From Escherichia phage MN01, in sequence record MT129652.1: a DNA stretch of 64,000 bases; one strand, written 5' to 3'. The notes under the pieces were generated by a model, which saw only the letters and a program-made list of their open reading frames with translations, was not told the DNA's origin and searched no databases. Shown here in pieces: positions 32,575 through 43,608 of the stretch (positions within the stretch are counted from its first letter, which is position 1; each line of letters opens with the position of its first letter). A program made the position numbers and the translations under genes.

Positions 32575-33446
32575 AGTGGTACCCTATTTTTTCTTGGGGC
32601 TGGCGGCGCCGGGTCAACCGGTACAGGAATATCCTGCGAATATGTTTGAACAGATTCACCTTGCCAGTCTTCTTGGTCGACGTCTCGTGGAACGGCTTCC
32701 GAGTCAACAGATTCGAAATTGCCCTCCGGTGCAAGCTCTCTGGAATTTGCAAAGAAGTCAAGATAGATAGTACGGATTTCCCCGGCTACTTCCTTAACCG
32801 GTGGATATAACCAACCGTTAACTTCGAACATAATGGACCATTCGAGTCTACGACGAGTCATTGCATCACCTTCAATTTGCTCATCCATTGCTATGGACTG
32901 CAATACGATTCTTATATCACGTTCGAACGTAATTTCATTCGTATAAAGTTCAGTGATGGTTGTATTAAAATGTGGCTGGAAGTAAGGCATGATTTGTTCG
33001 ATAATCTGGAACATATCATCTTGATGCCTTGTATATATTCCAAGCTCGAAAATCATTTTGACCGGCACAGGAGAATATTGAGATATCTGCTTGCGAGGGT
33101 CGTTATTAGCAAATCGCGCCTGTGTGTGATTCTGGAGAGCCGTTTTATATTGCCCGTTATACATCAAGTCAACCATATGTAGGTTCATACGGGGCAATAC
33201 GGTCTCGATTTTGGCCTTCTGAGCAGCACGTTCTTGCGGTGTCATGTCAGGAGTCGGTGTATTCTGAATAGCGGTCCATTTTCCAAGCTGCATCATGAAT
33301 TTTTCTTTTGAAGCGTAAGAAATAGGGACCTTAATATATTTAAGTCCAGTGTCTTCTCTGGTTCTGGCCACTTGTACATGGGAAAATAAATCGCCCATTA
33401 AAACGATATAGCGACGCAGAGACGAATTATAAAAATGCCCAAACAA
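32571..33446 (-). CDS. 15: tail sheath stabilizer / tail completion protein gp15
   Basis: Resemblance to T4 gp15 N-terminal and central regions; synteny. Confidence 0.85.
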
Positions 33447-33489
33447 AGTAACCTCCAGGCGCCCAATTCGGGCGCATTAATAAATGTAT

Positions 33490-34275
33490 TTATTCATCAA
33501 AGAAACTATCGTCAAAGCTATCCTGTTTTGCCTTTGGAGGAGTCTCAAGTCCACGACCATTCTGCACAAAATATGGTTTAACATATTCAGCTGCTTCTGC
33601 GTTAATCTCATCAGATTCTGCATAAGGGATATCGCTGATATCTGTAAGGCCATCAATATTGTGGATTGGTTGTAAATCGAGCTCGCTGAATTCTGAAATA
33701 TTAATACCTTCATTCCGTTGCAATTCAGGTTTAAGTTCTTCCCCGGAGTAAATGTATTTGCTCGCGGTGATTTTACGAATGGCGTTTTGACCCACCTGAT
33801 AGAACGGGTCATAAGGTTGCACCCATGTAATTTCAAACAGGCTGTTATCGAGAGGGAAATAAATCAAATCCCCCGCGATAGGTTCAGTGCCATTACATTG
33901 ATGTTTAAACAGATTAGGGTTAATCGATATTGTGATTTCGTCATTCACCGTCATACCGAATTTACTAAAGATAGAACCATCACCCTGATAAGCATCAAAC
34001 GTATCCAGATAACCAGCAAATTTCCATGCTTTATCGAATTTACTCTGGAGGTCTTCACCGAATAACAAATCCGGTTTAACGAATTGTCTAGGGATATAAT
34101 AGAGAGACATCCCGCGCATCTGAATACTTTCAGCAACAATAGCATCGGCTAAAGTCTGGGTATTTTCATGATGCATAAAGTTTACATAAGGGTTCAATAT
34201 CTCTGTAGCATTGGTATTGTCATACCCGGTCCCGTCTTCGAGCCGGGCGAATAATCTTGAGTCATAAGTAGCCAT
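33490..34275 (-). CDS. 14: neck protein gp14
   Basis: 261 aa (T4 gp14 256 aa); synteny. Confidence 0.8.
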   Translation of the reverse strand: MATYDSRLFARLEDGTGYDNTNATEILNPYVNFMHHENTQTLADAIVAESIQMRGMSLYYIPRQFVKPDLLFGEDLQSKFDKAWKFAGYLDTFDAYQGDGSIFSKFGMTVNDEITISINPNLFKHQCNGTEPIAGDLIYFPLDNSLFEITWVQPYDPFYQVGQNAIRKITASKYIYSGEELKPELQRNEGINISEFSELDLQPIHNIDGLTDISDIPYAESDEINAEAAEYVKPYFVQNGRGLETPPKAKQDSFDDSFFDE

Positions 34276-35213
34276 TAGCCCACCAATATAGGAGTTGGTG
34301 CATCCAGCAGGTCAAGTTCCTCACGAAGACGTTCTTTTTCCATGCGAGCTTCTTCGATTAAACGGACACCATCAACCGTGGTACCACCTGGCATCATCAT
34401 CCCCTGGTGTTTAGCCAATACGTTGCCGTTAACTTCCTTAACGAGCGCTGTGGCATAGTCTTTCACCCAACGGTTGTTGTATGCGCCATCTTGAAGTCCA
34501 AGGTCCTCACCGGCTCTCATACCGCTTATTCTGCGCGCTGGGTTATCCCACTGTGCACCCGCATTCCACGGATTATCACAATCGGCCGAAGCAAAACCAT
34601 AGCCAGCTGTATTGCCTACCATTGAATCCACACCGTTATACGATTTGGTATAAACTTCAATTACAATCACATCTCCCTGACGGAAGTTGCCCATAATTTT
34701 AAGTTGTTCAGTATCGTCATTATACCAGTAATCTGGCAGCGGAACCATCAGGTCTTGCATCATTGAACGGTATTGCATAAGCTGTGTAAAATAACCAAGG
34801 TCTGCACCAAAAGCATTTGGACCAAAGCTGTTACATGAGCTACCCATTCCACCGTTAATCCCGGCCAGCCCCAGAACAAAATCTGTGAACCACGGATATG
34901 TTGCTTGCCCGTCCATCGAAGTTAATGAACCGACGTTAGTACGAATAATCTGCGTTACTGCAAAAATATTACGTCCTTTTAAATCGAAAACACCATCACG
35001 GAATTTCTGTTGTGAAACTTCATCATGACCGATATAAAAAGCCTGATAACCTTTGTTATAACCATTATAATGATATTCACCATATAATTCTAATGCGCGC
35101 TGGATGCAATCATAAACCTGTTCGGTCGTAACTTCGATATTCGTGATTGGAGCACCAAGACGACGAAGGATTGCATCTTTTAATTGTTTCGGGTTGTATG
35201 ATTCAGTTGCCAT
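34275..35213 (-). CDS. 13: neck protein gp13
   Basis: 312 aa (T4 gp13 309 aa); synteny. Confidence 0.8.
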   Translation of the reverse strand: MATESYNPKQLKDAILRRLGAPITNIEVTTEQVYDCIQRALELYGEYHYNGYNKGYQAFYIGHDEVSQQKFRDGVFDLKGRNIFAVTQIIRTNVGSLTSMDGQATYPWFTDFVLGLAGINGGMGSSCNSFGPNAFGADLGYFTQLMQYRSMMQDLMVPLPDYWYNDDTEQLKIMGNFRQGDVIVIEVYTKSYNGVDSMVGNTAGYGFASADCDNPWNAGAQWDNPARRISGMRAGEDLGLQDGAYNNRWVKDYATALVKEVNGNVLAKHQGMMMPGGTTVDGVRLIEEARMEKERLREELDLLDAPTPILVG

Positions 35214-35231
35214 ATGTTTTCCTCTTTACTG

Positions 35232-35239
35232 TATTTATA
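35232..35239 (-). promoter_or_regulatory. late promoter for gene 13
   Basis: Plus-strand TATTTATA about 20 nt upstream of the gp13 start. Confidence 0.6.
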
Positions 35240-35241
35240 CG

Positions 35242-35264
35242 AAAAAAGGGCCGAAGCCCTTTTT
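35242..35264 (-). terminator. terminator after wac
   Basis: GGGCCGAAGCCC hairpin with T-run on the minus strand. Confidence 0.6.
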
Positions 35265-35265
35265 G

Positions 35266-37635
35266 TTATGGTGCTGGATTTAATGTCACGAATGTTGACA
35301 AAAGAACCCATGCATTATCAACGAGAACATACGGGAGACCATCATCCGCAGGAGCGACAGGAGGCCTTTTGGAGAGCTCTGTTTCTAAGGCTGATACTTT
35401 ACCTTCCAACGTAGTTATCTTCGTCTCGGCTGCAGTCAGGCGACCAGGAAGAGGAGTTACTGTACCTTCAAGAGTTGTCACACGAGTAGTTAACGGTGCA
35501 ATTTTTGCAGTATCCAATTTAATTGCAGTAATTTCATCTTCAACTGTTGCAACTCTTTCGTCTAGCGGTGCAATTTTTGCGGTATCGAGTTTAATCGTAG
35601 TGATTTCTCCTTCACTTGATGTAACTCTTTCGTCTAGCGGTGCAATTTTTGCAGTATCCAATTTAATTGCGGTAATTTCATCTTCAACTGTTGCAATTTT
35701 TGCAGTATCCAATTTAATCGCAGTGATTTCATCTTCAACTGTTGCAACACGCGTAGTTAATGGAGCAATTTTTGCAGTATCCAATTTAATTGCGGTAATT
35801 TCATTTTCACTTGATGTGACACGCGTAGTTAATGGAGCAATTTTTGCAGTATCCAATTTAATCGCAGTGATTTCTCCTTCCGCCGAAGTCATTCGACCGG
35901 TCAAGGTTACCAAACCACCTTTGTTTGTTTCGATATTTGCTTTAATGGTAACCAGCTCGCCCTCAACATTGCTAACGTCTAAAGCCAAAGCAGTGACATC
36001 ATCATCAGTCGCCGCTGTTTTGGTTTCCAGTGCGGTTATTTTACCGTCAACAGTCGTATCCTTCGTTTCTAATGCAGTGAGTCGACCATCTTGTTCTGTA
36101 TCTTTATTTTGCAGAGCAAGAACATCTGCCTTAACACCGGTGACGGAAGTATTCAGTGCACCATAACGAGTATCTAATGAACTAATTGCCGTATCATTAT
36201 CATCAACACGACCTGTTAATGTTGTTACGCGTCCATCGGTTGTTGCCAATGAAGCTTTAACCGCGTCAACTTCAGTTTTGGAATCGATAATTTCAGCCCA
36301 AGTTCCTTGCTTGCGGCCATATAACTTATTATCTAGTGGTGCGTCGTTCAGCTTGGACGCCATCATCATATCCAAGTTAATTACAACCGGGAGAACACCA
36401 CGTTCAGCCACAGTAGCACCGTTAGGGTTGGTTCCGTTCATCTGACTAGTTAAAGTCAAAATAGAGCCTTTCATACCGGTGGTATTTGTACCGATTTCGG
36501 CCTGTACATCCTGAAGACCCGATGCAGTTTCGTTAGCCAGCGTAGTGGTTGCATTCAACTTATACGTGATAGTGTTTGGCTCCGGAGATTGCTCTGTACC
36601 GATTCTCTGAGAAAGCCATGCAGTGGTTCCGCGTAAACCAGAGCTTGAATCCTGACCAACAACAACCTGTAAGCCATTAACATCCGTCCGCAAAGCACCA
36701 ATTCGACCATTAATTGTCAATGGCTCCAGCGCTGTTCCAATATCGGTTTCAACCTTCGTGAGTCTTGGTTTGATATCAGCAATATCTGTTTCATTGGCTA
36801 AAACACGTCCACCAAGATTTTCAACGCGGGTTGTAATTGCAATCCCTGTACCAAAACCAATAGCTTCTTGAATGTTGACAATATCTTCGTCAATTTCAAC
36901 TGCTTTATCATCAAGAGTATTCAGTCGAACAAATACAGCCGGTTTATCTGTTGCTAAAGTAGACTCACCTAATTCTTCACGAATTTTAATTACTTTTACG
37001 TTAAGAGAACCAACATCAGAATCATGATAGTTATCTTCAAGAGTCTTAATACGAACTCCATGCGCAACAATAGCCGAACTGTTATCGATGATGCGGCGTT
37101 TCATGCCTTTTGACGGATTTCCAATAACCTGAAGACCATTTATATCTTGGTCAACATACTGACCTAATTCATTTTTAATCCATACGAGGTCATTACGAAC
37201 TGTACGATAATATGAATCGGTTAACGGGTCATAAGCACCAACATCTTCCTTTAACTTTTTAAGACCTTCGGATGTTTCGCTTGATAGTAATTCGGTATTA
37301 AATTGACGTTCATCAAGGTCAAGAATATCCGTACGGTTTTTTTCAATTTGTTTAACAACTTCCGTGTTAGTTGTTATATCCAAAGCTTCCTGAATATTAT
37401 TGACGTTATCAATAATTTCGTTGATTTTTTCTTTAGATGCATTTGAGTTGTCGTCGAGTGTATCTACGTTTGTTTGAACGCCAACTGCAGCGGCGTTCAA
37501 ATTACCATCATGACCATATTTGGTACTGGCCGCAGTCATACAATCGCCGTTTTGTATCCAACGAATTCTCTGTTGACCTTCGTCTGGAATACCGATGCTA
37601 TACGGCAGTTCTTTGAGACTGAGTTTATTAATCAT
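35266..37635 (-). CDS. wac: fibritin (whisker antigen control protein), extended coiled coil
   Basis: N-terminal region parallels T4 fibritin (GQQRIRWIQNGD vs the T4 N-terminus as recalled); long coiled-coil with tandem repeats; position between 13 and 12; start taken at internal Met. Confidence 0.8.
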   Translation of the reverse strand: MINKLSLKELPYSIGIPDEGQQRIRWIQNGDCMTAASTKYGHDGNLNAAAVGVQTNVDTLDDNSNASKEKINEIIDNVNNIQEALDITTNTEVVKQIEKNRTDILDLDERQFNTELLSSETSEGLKKLKEDVGAYDPLTDSYYRTVRNDLVWIKNELGQYVDQDINGLQVIGNPSKGMKRRIIDNSSAIVAHGVRIKTLEDNYHDSDVGSLNVKVIKIREELGESTLATDKPAVFVRLNTLDDKAVEIDEDIVNIQEAIGFGTGIAITTRVENLGGRVLANETDIADIKPRLTKVETDIGTALEPLTINGRIGALRTDVNGLQVVVGQDSSSGLRGTTAWLSQRIGTEQSPEPNTITYKLNATTTLANETASGLQDVQAEIGTNTTGMKGSILTLTSQMNGTNPNGATVAERGVLPVVINLDMMMASKLNDAPLDNKLYGRKQGTWAEIIDSKTEVDAVKASLATTDGRVTTLTGRVDDNDTAISSLDTRYGALNTSVTGVKADVLALQNKDTEQDGRLTALETKDTTVDGKITALETKTAATDDDVTALALDVSNVEGELVTIKANIETNKGGLVTLTGRMTSAEGEITAIKLDTAKIAPLTTRVTSSENEITAIKLDTAKIAPLTTRVATVEDEITAIKLDTAKIATVEDEITAIKLDTAKIAPLDERVTSSEGEITTIKLDTAKIAPLDERVATVEDEITAIKLDTAKIAPLTTRVTTLEGTVTPLPGRLTAAETKITTLEGKVSALETELSKRPPVAPADDGLPYVLVDNAWVLLSTFVTLNPAP
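35497..35880. repeat. tandem near-identical repeats of roughly 60 bp inside wac coding sequence
   Basis: Repeated GGTGCAATTTTTGCAGTATCCAATTTAATTGCxGTxATTTCATCTTCAACTGTTGCAA units; encode repeated TAIKLDTAKIA peptide units. Confidence 0.8.
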
Positions 37636-37643
37636 TTTGGTCC

Positions 37644-39194
37644 TTAGTAATGAATTTTGATAATATAGTTTAAAGACATATTCCATGGGCGAGTTTCATA
37701 TCCAATAAGACCTTCACGGTTTAATGTACCTAAAGCATCTCTGCCGCCACCGAGTTCAAATCCATCGTTAGTAAAATATGAAGCGTTATCCCAGTCCGCA
37801 TATTTTCTTGTGCCCAGATAACCCTGATAAACTGATGCACCAAATGGAGCTTCGTTACGTTGGTATTCACCCCAACCACCCGCGTGTTTATGATATGACA
37901 TTTGCTGAGCTTGTACACCACCAACCCATGAACCATCACAACCAACACCTAAACGGTCTTTGCCATAACCATCTTGACCGCGGTTATTCAGAATATGCCC
38001 ACCGGTACCAGCACCACGAACAAACAAACCACGCATATCAGGAATACCGACGTTGGTCCAATCGCCACCGAAACGAGTTCCAACAGTATTTCGATAGTCA
38101 GGGAATTGGTCACCATTAACAGTGCCGCCATGACACATAATCCAGCCAGGAGGAGCATTATCACCTGCGAACATCATCACCGTTCCAACTGGAACCCGTT
38201 CAGAAGCATAACGCTGTGTAGAAAGTAATTGACCGCCCATATGAGCTGTATTGGAATCAAAATTGCCGGTGGAAATATAATCTAAAGAAAGACTTCCATT
38301 AATTCGTTGACCACCGCGAGTGTTGATTACATCAGCATTCCAAGCCAGCGCACCGGCACCATCACCACCAGGAGCAACCCCAGCCTGAGTGGTTAATCGA
38401 ACGACACCGCGAATATCGGTTGTAGCACCACGACCATTAAGAGTTGCTCCGGTTACCGCAACACCATCAGCACTGTTATTAATCTCTGACTGATTACCAA
38501 GACGAATAATCCCAGCGCGGTCTTGTGTTGCTGTACGAGCATTTAAACCTGCTGGAGAAATTGCCACACCGTCACCCAGGGTTCCTGCTTGCACTTCAGC
38601 ATTTGTAGCAATTCGTACTAAACCAGAAACAGTTTGTGTGGCAGTTGAATAAGTCGGAAGAGCCGCAGTTGCCTTGCCAATTGCCAGAGCAACTTTCAAC
38701 GGAGACATAGCGGTTGTATCATCTGTACCAGCTAACGCTGCATCCTCGGTACTAATACGAAGAACACCCAAATTATTTTCGGTACCAACACGAACAGTAA
38801 AAACATCATCAATTGTTGCTTTTAATGAAGATGGAACAATAGCTGCATCGGTTACTGTCCCGGCAATTGCTTCAGCATCGGTTGCATAACGGGTAATACC
38901 TACATAAGTTTCTGTGGCTTGCGTAGGGATGTCTAAACGAGCTTTTAAGGTCGCTGGAGTAACTGCAGAGTCTGGACTAATACCATCAATAACTTCTTGT
39001 GTGGTGGCTAGTCTGATGAGCCCTGCGGTCGTTTCGGAAGAGGCTGGGATATATCCATCTAACGCAATTTTATTAAGAGACCCTAAAGCCTCTTGTACGT
39101 TGGTAACAGTCGACGGGAAGGCTGTCCCCGTCGGGTCGAACGTTTTATATTCGGATTTATCGCTAATGTGTTTTAGCGTGTTAGTCGTTGTCAT
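37644..39194 (-). CDS. 12: short tail fiber protein gp12
   Basis: 516 aa; C-terminal region very close to T4 gp12 as recalled (MSYHKHAGG, NETRPWN, LNYIIK). Confidence 0.9.
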   Translation of the reverse strand: MTTTNTLKHISDKSEYKTFDPTGTAFPSTVTNVQEALGSLNKIALDGYIPASSETTAGLIRLATTQEVIDGISPDSAVTPATLKARLDIPTQATETYVGITRYATDAEAIAGTVTDAAIVPSSLKATIDDVFTVRVGTENNLGVLRISTEDAALAGTDDTTAMSPLKVALAIGKATAALPTYSTATQTVSGLVRIATNAEVQAGTLGDGVAISPAGLNARTATQDRAGIIRLGNQSEINNSADGVAVTGATLNGRGATTDIRGVVRLTTQAGVAPGGDGAGALAWNADVINTRGGQRINGSLSLDYISTGNFDSNTAHMGGQLLSTQRYASERVPVGTVMMFAGDNAPPGWIMCHGGTVNGDQFPDYRNTVGTRFGGDWTNVGIPDMRGLFVRGAGTGGHILNNRGQDGYGKDRLGVGCDGSWVGGVQAQQMSYHKHAGGWGEYQRNEAPFGASVYQGYLGTRKYADWDNASYFTNDGFELGGGRDALGTLNREGLIGYETRPWNMSLNYIIKIHY

Positions 39195-39859
39195 TACGAT
39201 ACTCGCTTATAATGGTAAAGTGAAATTGCGCCATTTGCTGTGCCACCTGATAATGTCTGGGTTGAAGTTCCAAGATATTCCCAGGAACCATAACCACCAC
39301 GCGGTTGCTGTATAATAGTCTGGCTAAGCGTACAACCATATTGAGCAAAAGGTGCAAAATTATGGTTTTGGTAGTCGTTATATGTAATATTTAATATAGA
39401 CTGGTCTACACTATCAATTGCAGAGCTTGACACAATTAAACTATCAGCAACAGCCGCCAGCAAAGCATCGTTAACCTTGGAAGCAACTAATACAGCCGAA
39501 TCCCCGACAATAACCTCAACTGGAATACCAAAAATGAAAAATAAAACAGTATCACCAACCCCAGCACCAGAAATAGACCCGGTGAATTTAATTTTATCCG
39601 ACTGGCTAATTGCCGCAGGAGAAAGGTTATTCGTATTAGTAATTACACTGCCAACCGGAAGCTCATATCGAAACGCAATATCATCTATTGCGCTCTGAAC
39701 TGTTGGATAAAAAATACCCTCGGTTGTTTGTGTTGCGGATGGGCCGCCGATTGCTCGTTGACCCATGACAGCCGTAATATTTTTTGATGTATTTTGAAAT
39801 TCTAAGTAACTAGCAAGGCGGGAAATTACTCCAGCCTTTTTATTCGTTAATGTTTTCAT
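39194..39859 (-). CDS. 11: baseplate wedge / short tail fiber attachment protein gp11
   Basis: 221 aa (T4 gp11 219 aa); synteny. Confidence 0.8.
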   Translation of the reverse strand: MKTLTNKKAGVISRLASYLEFQNTSKNITAVMGQRAIGGPSATQTTEGIFYPTVQSAIDDIAFRYELPVGSVITNTNNLSPAAISQSDKIKFTGSISGAGVGDTVLFFIFGIPVEVIVGDSAVLVASKVNDALLAAVADSLIVSSSAIDSVDQSILNITYNDYQNHNFAPFAQYGCTLSQTIIQQPRGGYGSWEYLGTSTQTLSGGTANGAISLYHYKRVS

Positions 39860-41670
39860 TAAGCAATCCTTACCCAGCGATGAGCAATCAAATATGGAGG
39901 CATTGTATAAACCGGTTGAGCTTGAGGGTCTTGCGCCTGATTAATGGTGGCTTTGTCTTCTCTGTATTTGGTATAGGCTGGACCTTGTACGTCTGGGTCT
40001 ACCTGACAACCACCGACAACAATCGGGCCATTATCATCAACAACTAAAACCTTCTCATCGGTTTCAAGTTTAGGTACGTTTATATCTTTAATATGAACTT
40101 CAACGCTACCACCTGTACCACCTGCTGTCGCTTGTGGGTTACCACCAGAATCCAGGTCATTATTGTTTGTATGGAAGTTTGAGGCAGGGTCGTCTGACCA
40201 GGCAACAATTACACGTTCTTTCAAACGTTTCCATGAACCAAATCCCATATAAGTAACCGGGTTATTTGGGTTAACCGTATTTTCGTAAATTGTACCGACC
40301 GGATAGAATAATTCAAAGATAGCGCCAACAGAAGATGGAACAACTTCCTGAAGACCGACTGGCTCAACGTTTGGTGCAAACGGATTATCAAAATCTGTGA
40401 TACGCACACGTCCGGTTAGACTCAACGTATTTCCCTGAGAAACATAAAGAGTATCAGTCTCATCACGGATTTCATCCATGGTCATAGTTGTGCCGATATC
40501 GTTATTGTACCAAATGACCGACAGAATATCACCGTCCTCAAATTCACGATAAATGCTAATGCCTTCGATACGGTTATCATCATCAAATTGCAGCAAATAA
40601 TCCTGGGTCGATTCAGACCAGCTACCACCATTTGCACTACATTCTGCAGCAGTAGAACCTTGTGCACCTTCACAATAAAATACCGGAGTTCCCGCAGTAC
40701 CAGCTTGATGCTGTAAAATACTGTTAATGAATACCTGGCATGCGTTTGGGTTAATTGGGCTACCTGGGGAAATACCAAGTTCTTCAATTGTAAAGGTGTG
40801 TTTGGTTGTCAAATCCGTAACAATCAAAGAACCATTAATTGTTGTTTCTTTGGTCCTGTCTTGACTACGAACAAGTACATCGCGGCGATTATACGAACTA
40901 CGCCATTGAGCAATACCATCATTAAATGTTCGGATGATAACAGTATCACCTTCAGCACATGGCATTTTCAGACGGATGCTTTTACCATCAAGCGCAACGA
41001 TTTCACCAGGGTTTGCACCAGGGGAACCAAATTCAGCATTCACCGGGTCGAAAATATCATCTTTACCATAAAACAGGTCGTTACCACGGTGTTTGACTTC
41101 CAAGTTCGATACGCTATATGGAATAGCACCAAACACATTGATAAAGTCAGTTTGTCCTTCGGTAGCAATAAACTGTTGGGATGCAACTGTAGCAACGTCG
41201 TTATTTGAAATTTTATCGACTTGTTTATTATCGATATATTCCCAACGACCTGGTGAACAATATACAAGTTCAAGGTCAGCTAAGTTGCGTTTAATTTCTA
41301 CTGGATTCGGTGAGCCTTTAATCGTATCCCCGACTGCAGGAACAATTGTCACCGGGTTGATTTGCCAGGTAGCAAACACATCACGCAAGCGAATTACATA
41401 ATTGTATTCTTGAGTTGTTCCTTTTGGAAGGATAACTCGAACTGCACCGGCTGATGTATCGATGGTATAGCTTCGACCCATAACAGCGGACAACTCGGTG
41501 CCTTCTTGCGTAGTCCAAGTTTTCCATGCACCAGCTGCATGAGGATTTTCACCGTCCCCTAGCTGATAATAAAGGTCGTCAAAGTTATTGTTTATTTTTT
41601 GACCGCCAAGACGAAGGTAATCACCAGTACCATCATCAACCATATTGCCAATTTTTAAATTCTGTTTCAT
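39859..41670 (-). CDS. 10: baseplate wedge protein gp10
   Basis: 603 aa (T4 gp10 602 aa); synteny. Confidence 0.85.
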   Translation of the reverse strand: MKQNLKIGNMVDDGTGDYLRLGGQKINNNFDDLYYQLGDGENPHAAGAWKTWTTQEGTELSAVMGRSYTIDTSAGAVRVILPKGTTQEYNYVIRLRDVFATWQINPVTIVPAVGDTIKGSPNPVEIKRNLADLELVYCSPGRWEYIDNKQVDKISNNDVATVASQQFIATEGQTDFINVFGAIPYSVSNLEVKHRGNDLFYGKDDIFDPVNAEFGSPGANPGEIVALDGKSIRLKMPCAEGDTVIIRTFNDGIAQWRSSYNRRDVLVRSQDRTKETTINGSLIVTDLTTKHTFTIEELGISPGSPINPNACQVFINSILQHQAGTAGTPVFYCEGAQGSTAAECSANGGSWSESTQDYLLQFDDDNRIEGISIYREFEDGDILSVIWYNNDIGTTMTMDEIRDETDTLYVSQGNTLSLTGRVRITDFDNPFAPNVEPVGLQEVVPSSVGAIFELFYPVGTIYENTVNPNNPVTYMGFGSWKRLKERVIVAWSDDPASNFHTNNNDLDSGGNPQATAGGTGGSVEVHIKDINVPKLETDEKVLVVDDNGPIVVGGCQVDPDVQGPAYTKYREDKATINQAQDPQAQPVYTMPPYLIAHRWVRIA

Positions 41671-42539
41671 TATACCGGTACTCCGATTGTTTGGGTGGAA
41701 ATTACTTTAACAGCGAGCTTCATGGCAGTGGGTGAGCTTATAGCCGCCTGAATGATATCTTGGTTATCAATTCTAAAATCGATGGCATATATCTCATCAT
41801 CTTCATTAGTTTGTCCACGTTTGATTACAGCGTATTCTGTGCTATATACCTTGCGGTCCTTAAGGTCGATGTAAAGTAATATTTCTGATGCTTTGTATTT
41901 AGTTTCGTCTGTTGAAATAGCTGTCAGCATCAATTTGATAGTTTTATAATCTGCGCGGAAAGCAAGCGGAATATCACGAACAACCGAGCTCATATTGTAT
42001 GTTTTGTCGAGCAATACAGATTGGTTACCAAACATACTTTCAATTTTGTAGTCCCAGGTCCCTACGCCGTTAGCATCGTCAATACACCACAATGTAATTT
42101 TTGTATAAGGCTGAGTAAATTTCATTTTGTTCGTTGCGGCGGTCAGGAATGAATCCGTGCCTTGCAGTTCAACTTCCAGAGGCATCGAGGTGGATAATGA
42201 ACCATTGGAGTTAATAAAGATAACACCTTCGCCTGCTTTACCTTTTGCAATTCTTGCGGTGATAACACCTTCGGCAGTATTGACATCCCGCATAGAACCG
42301 AGAGCAACAGTCGAGTTCCATTCGATGATATTTGTAGCTTTTTGATAGTAGCCAGTCGCATGAAGTACCTGGGAGTTTTCTCCATTGTTCACAGAGTACA
42401 GACGCTGGTCGCCGAATGTATTATACAAACTGTCTAAATCCACGTTCAGTTTACGACCGCCTTCATATAGAATATCACCGGTGCTGGCGTTACCAATCTC
42501 GCCGATGTCTACTAATAATTTTGGGGTTTGATTAATCAT
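41670..42539 (-). CDS. 9: baseplate wedge / long tail fiber socket protein gp9
   Basis: 289 aa; resemblance to T4 gp9 (DIGEIGNASTGDIL, YSIESMFG). Confidence 0.85.
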   Translation of the reverse strand: MINQTPKLLVDIGEIGNASTGDILYEGGRKLNVDLDSLYNTFGDQRLYSVNNGENSQVLHATGYYQKATNIIEWNSTVALGSMRDVNTAEGVITARIAKGKAGEGVIFINSNGSLSTSMPLEVELQGTDSFLTAATNKMKFTQPYTKITLWCIDDANGVGTWDYKIESMFGNQSVLLDKTYNMSSVVRDIPLAFRADYKTIKLMLTAISTDETKYKASEILLYIDLKDRKVYSTEYAVIKRGQTNEDDEIYAIDFRIDNQDIIQAAISSPTAMKLAVKVISTQTIGVPV

Positions 42540-42566
42540 AGGTAAGCCTCGTTATTGATATAGCTA

Positions 42567-42574
42567 TATTTATA
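42567..42574 (-). promoter_or_regulatory. late promoter for gene 9
   Basis: Plus-strand TATTTATA about 28 nt upstream of the gp9 start. Confidence 0.6.
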
Positions 42575-42584
42575 GAATAAAAAA

Positions 42585-42600
42585 GGGACCCGAAGGTCCC
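42585..42600 (-). terminator. terminator hairpin after gene 8
   Basis: GGGACC-CGAA-GGTCCC hairpin followed by T-run on the minus strand. Confidence 0.6.
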
Positions 42601-42603
42601 TAG

Positions 42604-43608
42604 TTAGAATTCAAAAATAATGTTAACTTCTTCTGTCTGGTCCATTGCACGAATAATTGGTGGACGGTTTTCCATATAAATCATTTCCCCAGAATGACGG
42701 TCCAAATCAATTGCATCATAGTATTCTTTGATTGCTTTGATATTTGGGTCATTAGGATGTACTTTAACTTCAAGCGGGTTGGATATAATCGATAGCTGCC
42801 GGAAGCCTTTATTCCCCGGGAGACTGAACTCTGGGAAGTAAATGGAATCCATAAATGCTTTAAATCTGATTGTATATCCTTTGATTCTGTATATTAAACC
42901 GAAATCATCTTGTTGCCAGCTGATATTGTCTTCGTAACCCCAACGTGACGGGTCTTCTTCGATTTCTTCAGGCCATGGAACAACAATATATTCGTTAGTA
43001 CAACGGTTGATGGATACATCAGGCGGAATCTCATACAAATATTCCCATAGATAACCATCGCCCATATCAACTCGTCCTTCAGTGTCACCAGTCCCTGCTG
43101 GGGCTCTCGTCGAGTTGTATTCTGCCGTCCATTTACCACCGAGTTTTAAGCACTCTTCTTTATTGATAATGGAATAAATGGAGCAAGTCCCAACATCAGG
43201 AACATCCACACAACGATAAACCATCCAACCTTTACCAACATCAGTTCGGTTATATGGAGCACTGTTAGCTACAACAATTTCCCCTACCTGGAAGTTAAGC
43301 GGATTAGGATATCTGATATCGCCCCAGTCTTTCCGTGGGACAACACAATCAAGCATTGATTTATAAACTTTGACTGCCCCCATCATATTGGTCCAAGTAT
43401 CTTCAACACCTTGTGCTGTATCAACCGGATAAGGAGGGGCGAACCCCGGGTCATTCTCATTCGAAGCCCAGGGTTCAGCACGACCGAATGTTACATACAT
43501 CGTATTCTGGTCGGGCTCGTTACCAATCATTTTATAAAAGTTATACATTTTTTCAGTTCGAAATTTCGAGGTAATTATCGAACGATAAACTACAGATGAA
43601 TTATTCAT
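42604..43608 (-). CDS. 8: baseplate wedge protein gp8
   Basis: 334 aa, same as T4 gp8; strong resemblance. Confidence 0.9.
   Translation of the reverse strand: MNNSSVVYRSIITSKFRTEKMYNFYKMIGNEPDQNTMYVTFGRAEPWASNENDPGFAPPYPVDTAQGVEDTWTNMMGAVKVYKSMLDCVVPRKDWGDIRYPNPLNFQVGEIVVANSAPYNRTDVGKGWMVYRCVDVPDVGTCSIYSIINKEECLKLGGKWTAEYNSTRAPAGTGDTEGRVDMGDGYLWEYLYEIPPDVSINRCTNEYIVVPWPEEIEEDPSRWGYEDNISWQQDDFGLIYRIKGYTIRFKAFMDSIYFPEFSLPGNKGFRQLSIISNPLEVKVHPNDPNIKAIKEYYDAIDLDRHSGEMIYMENRPPIIRAMDQTEEVNIIFEF

Noticed and set aside
35497-35880. Possible CRISPR-like repeat array
   Set aside because: Repeats are contiguous, about 60 bp, in-frame and without unique spacers, and lie inside the wac coding sequence; a coding tandem repeat, not a CRISPR array.
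35147-36166. 339 aa plus-strand ORF with repeated AIFAVSNLIAVIS motif
   Set aside because: Opposite-strand reading of the fibritin tandem repeats; the repetitive translation is an artefact of the repeat.
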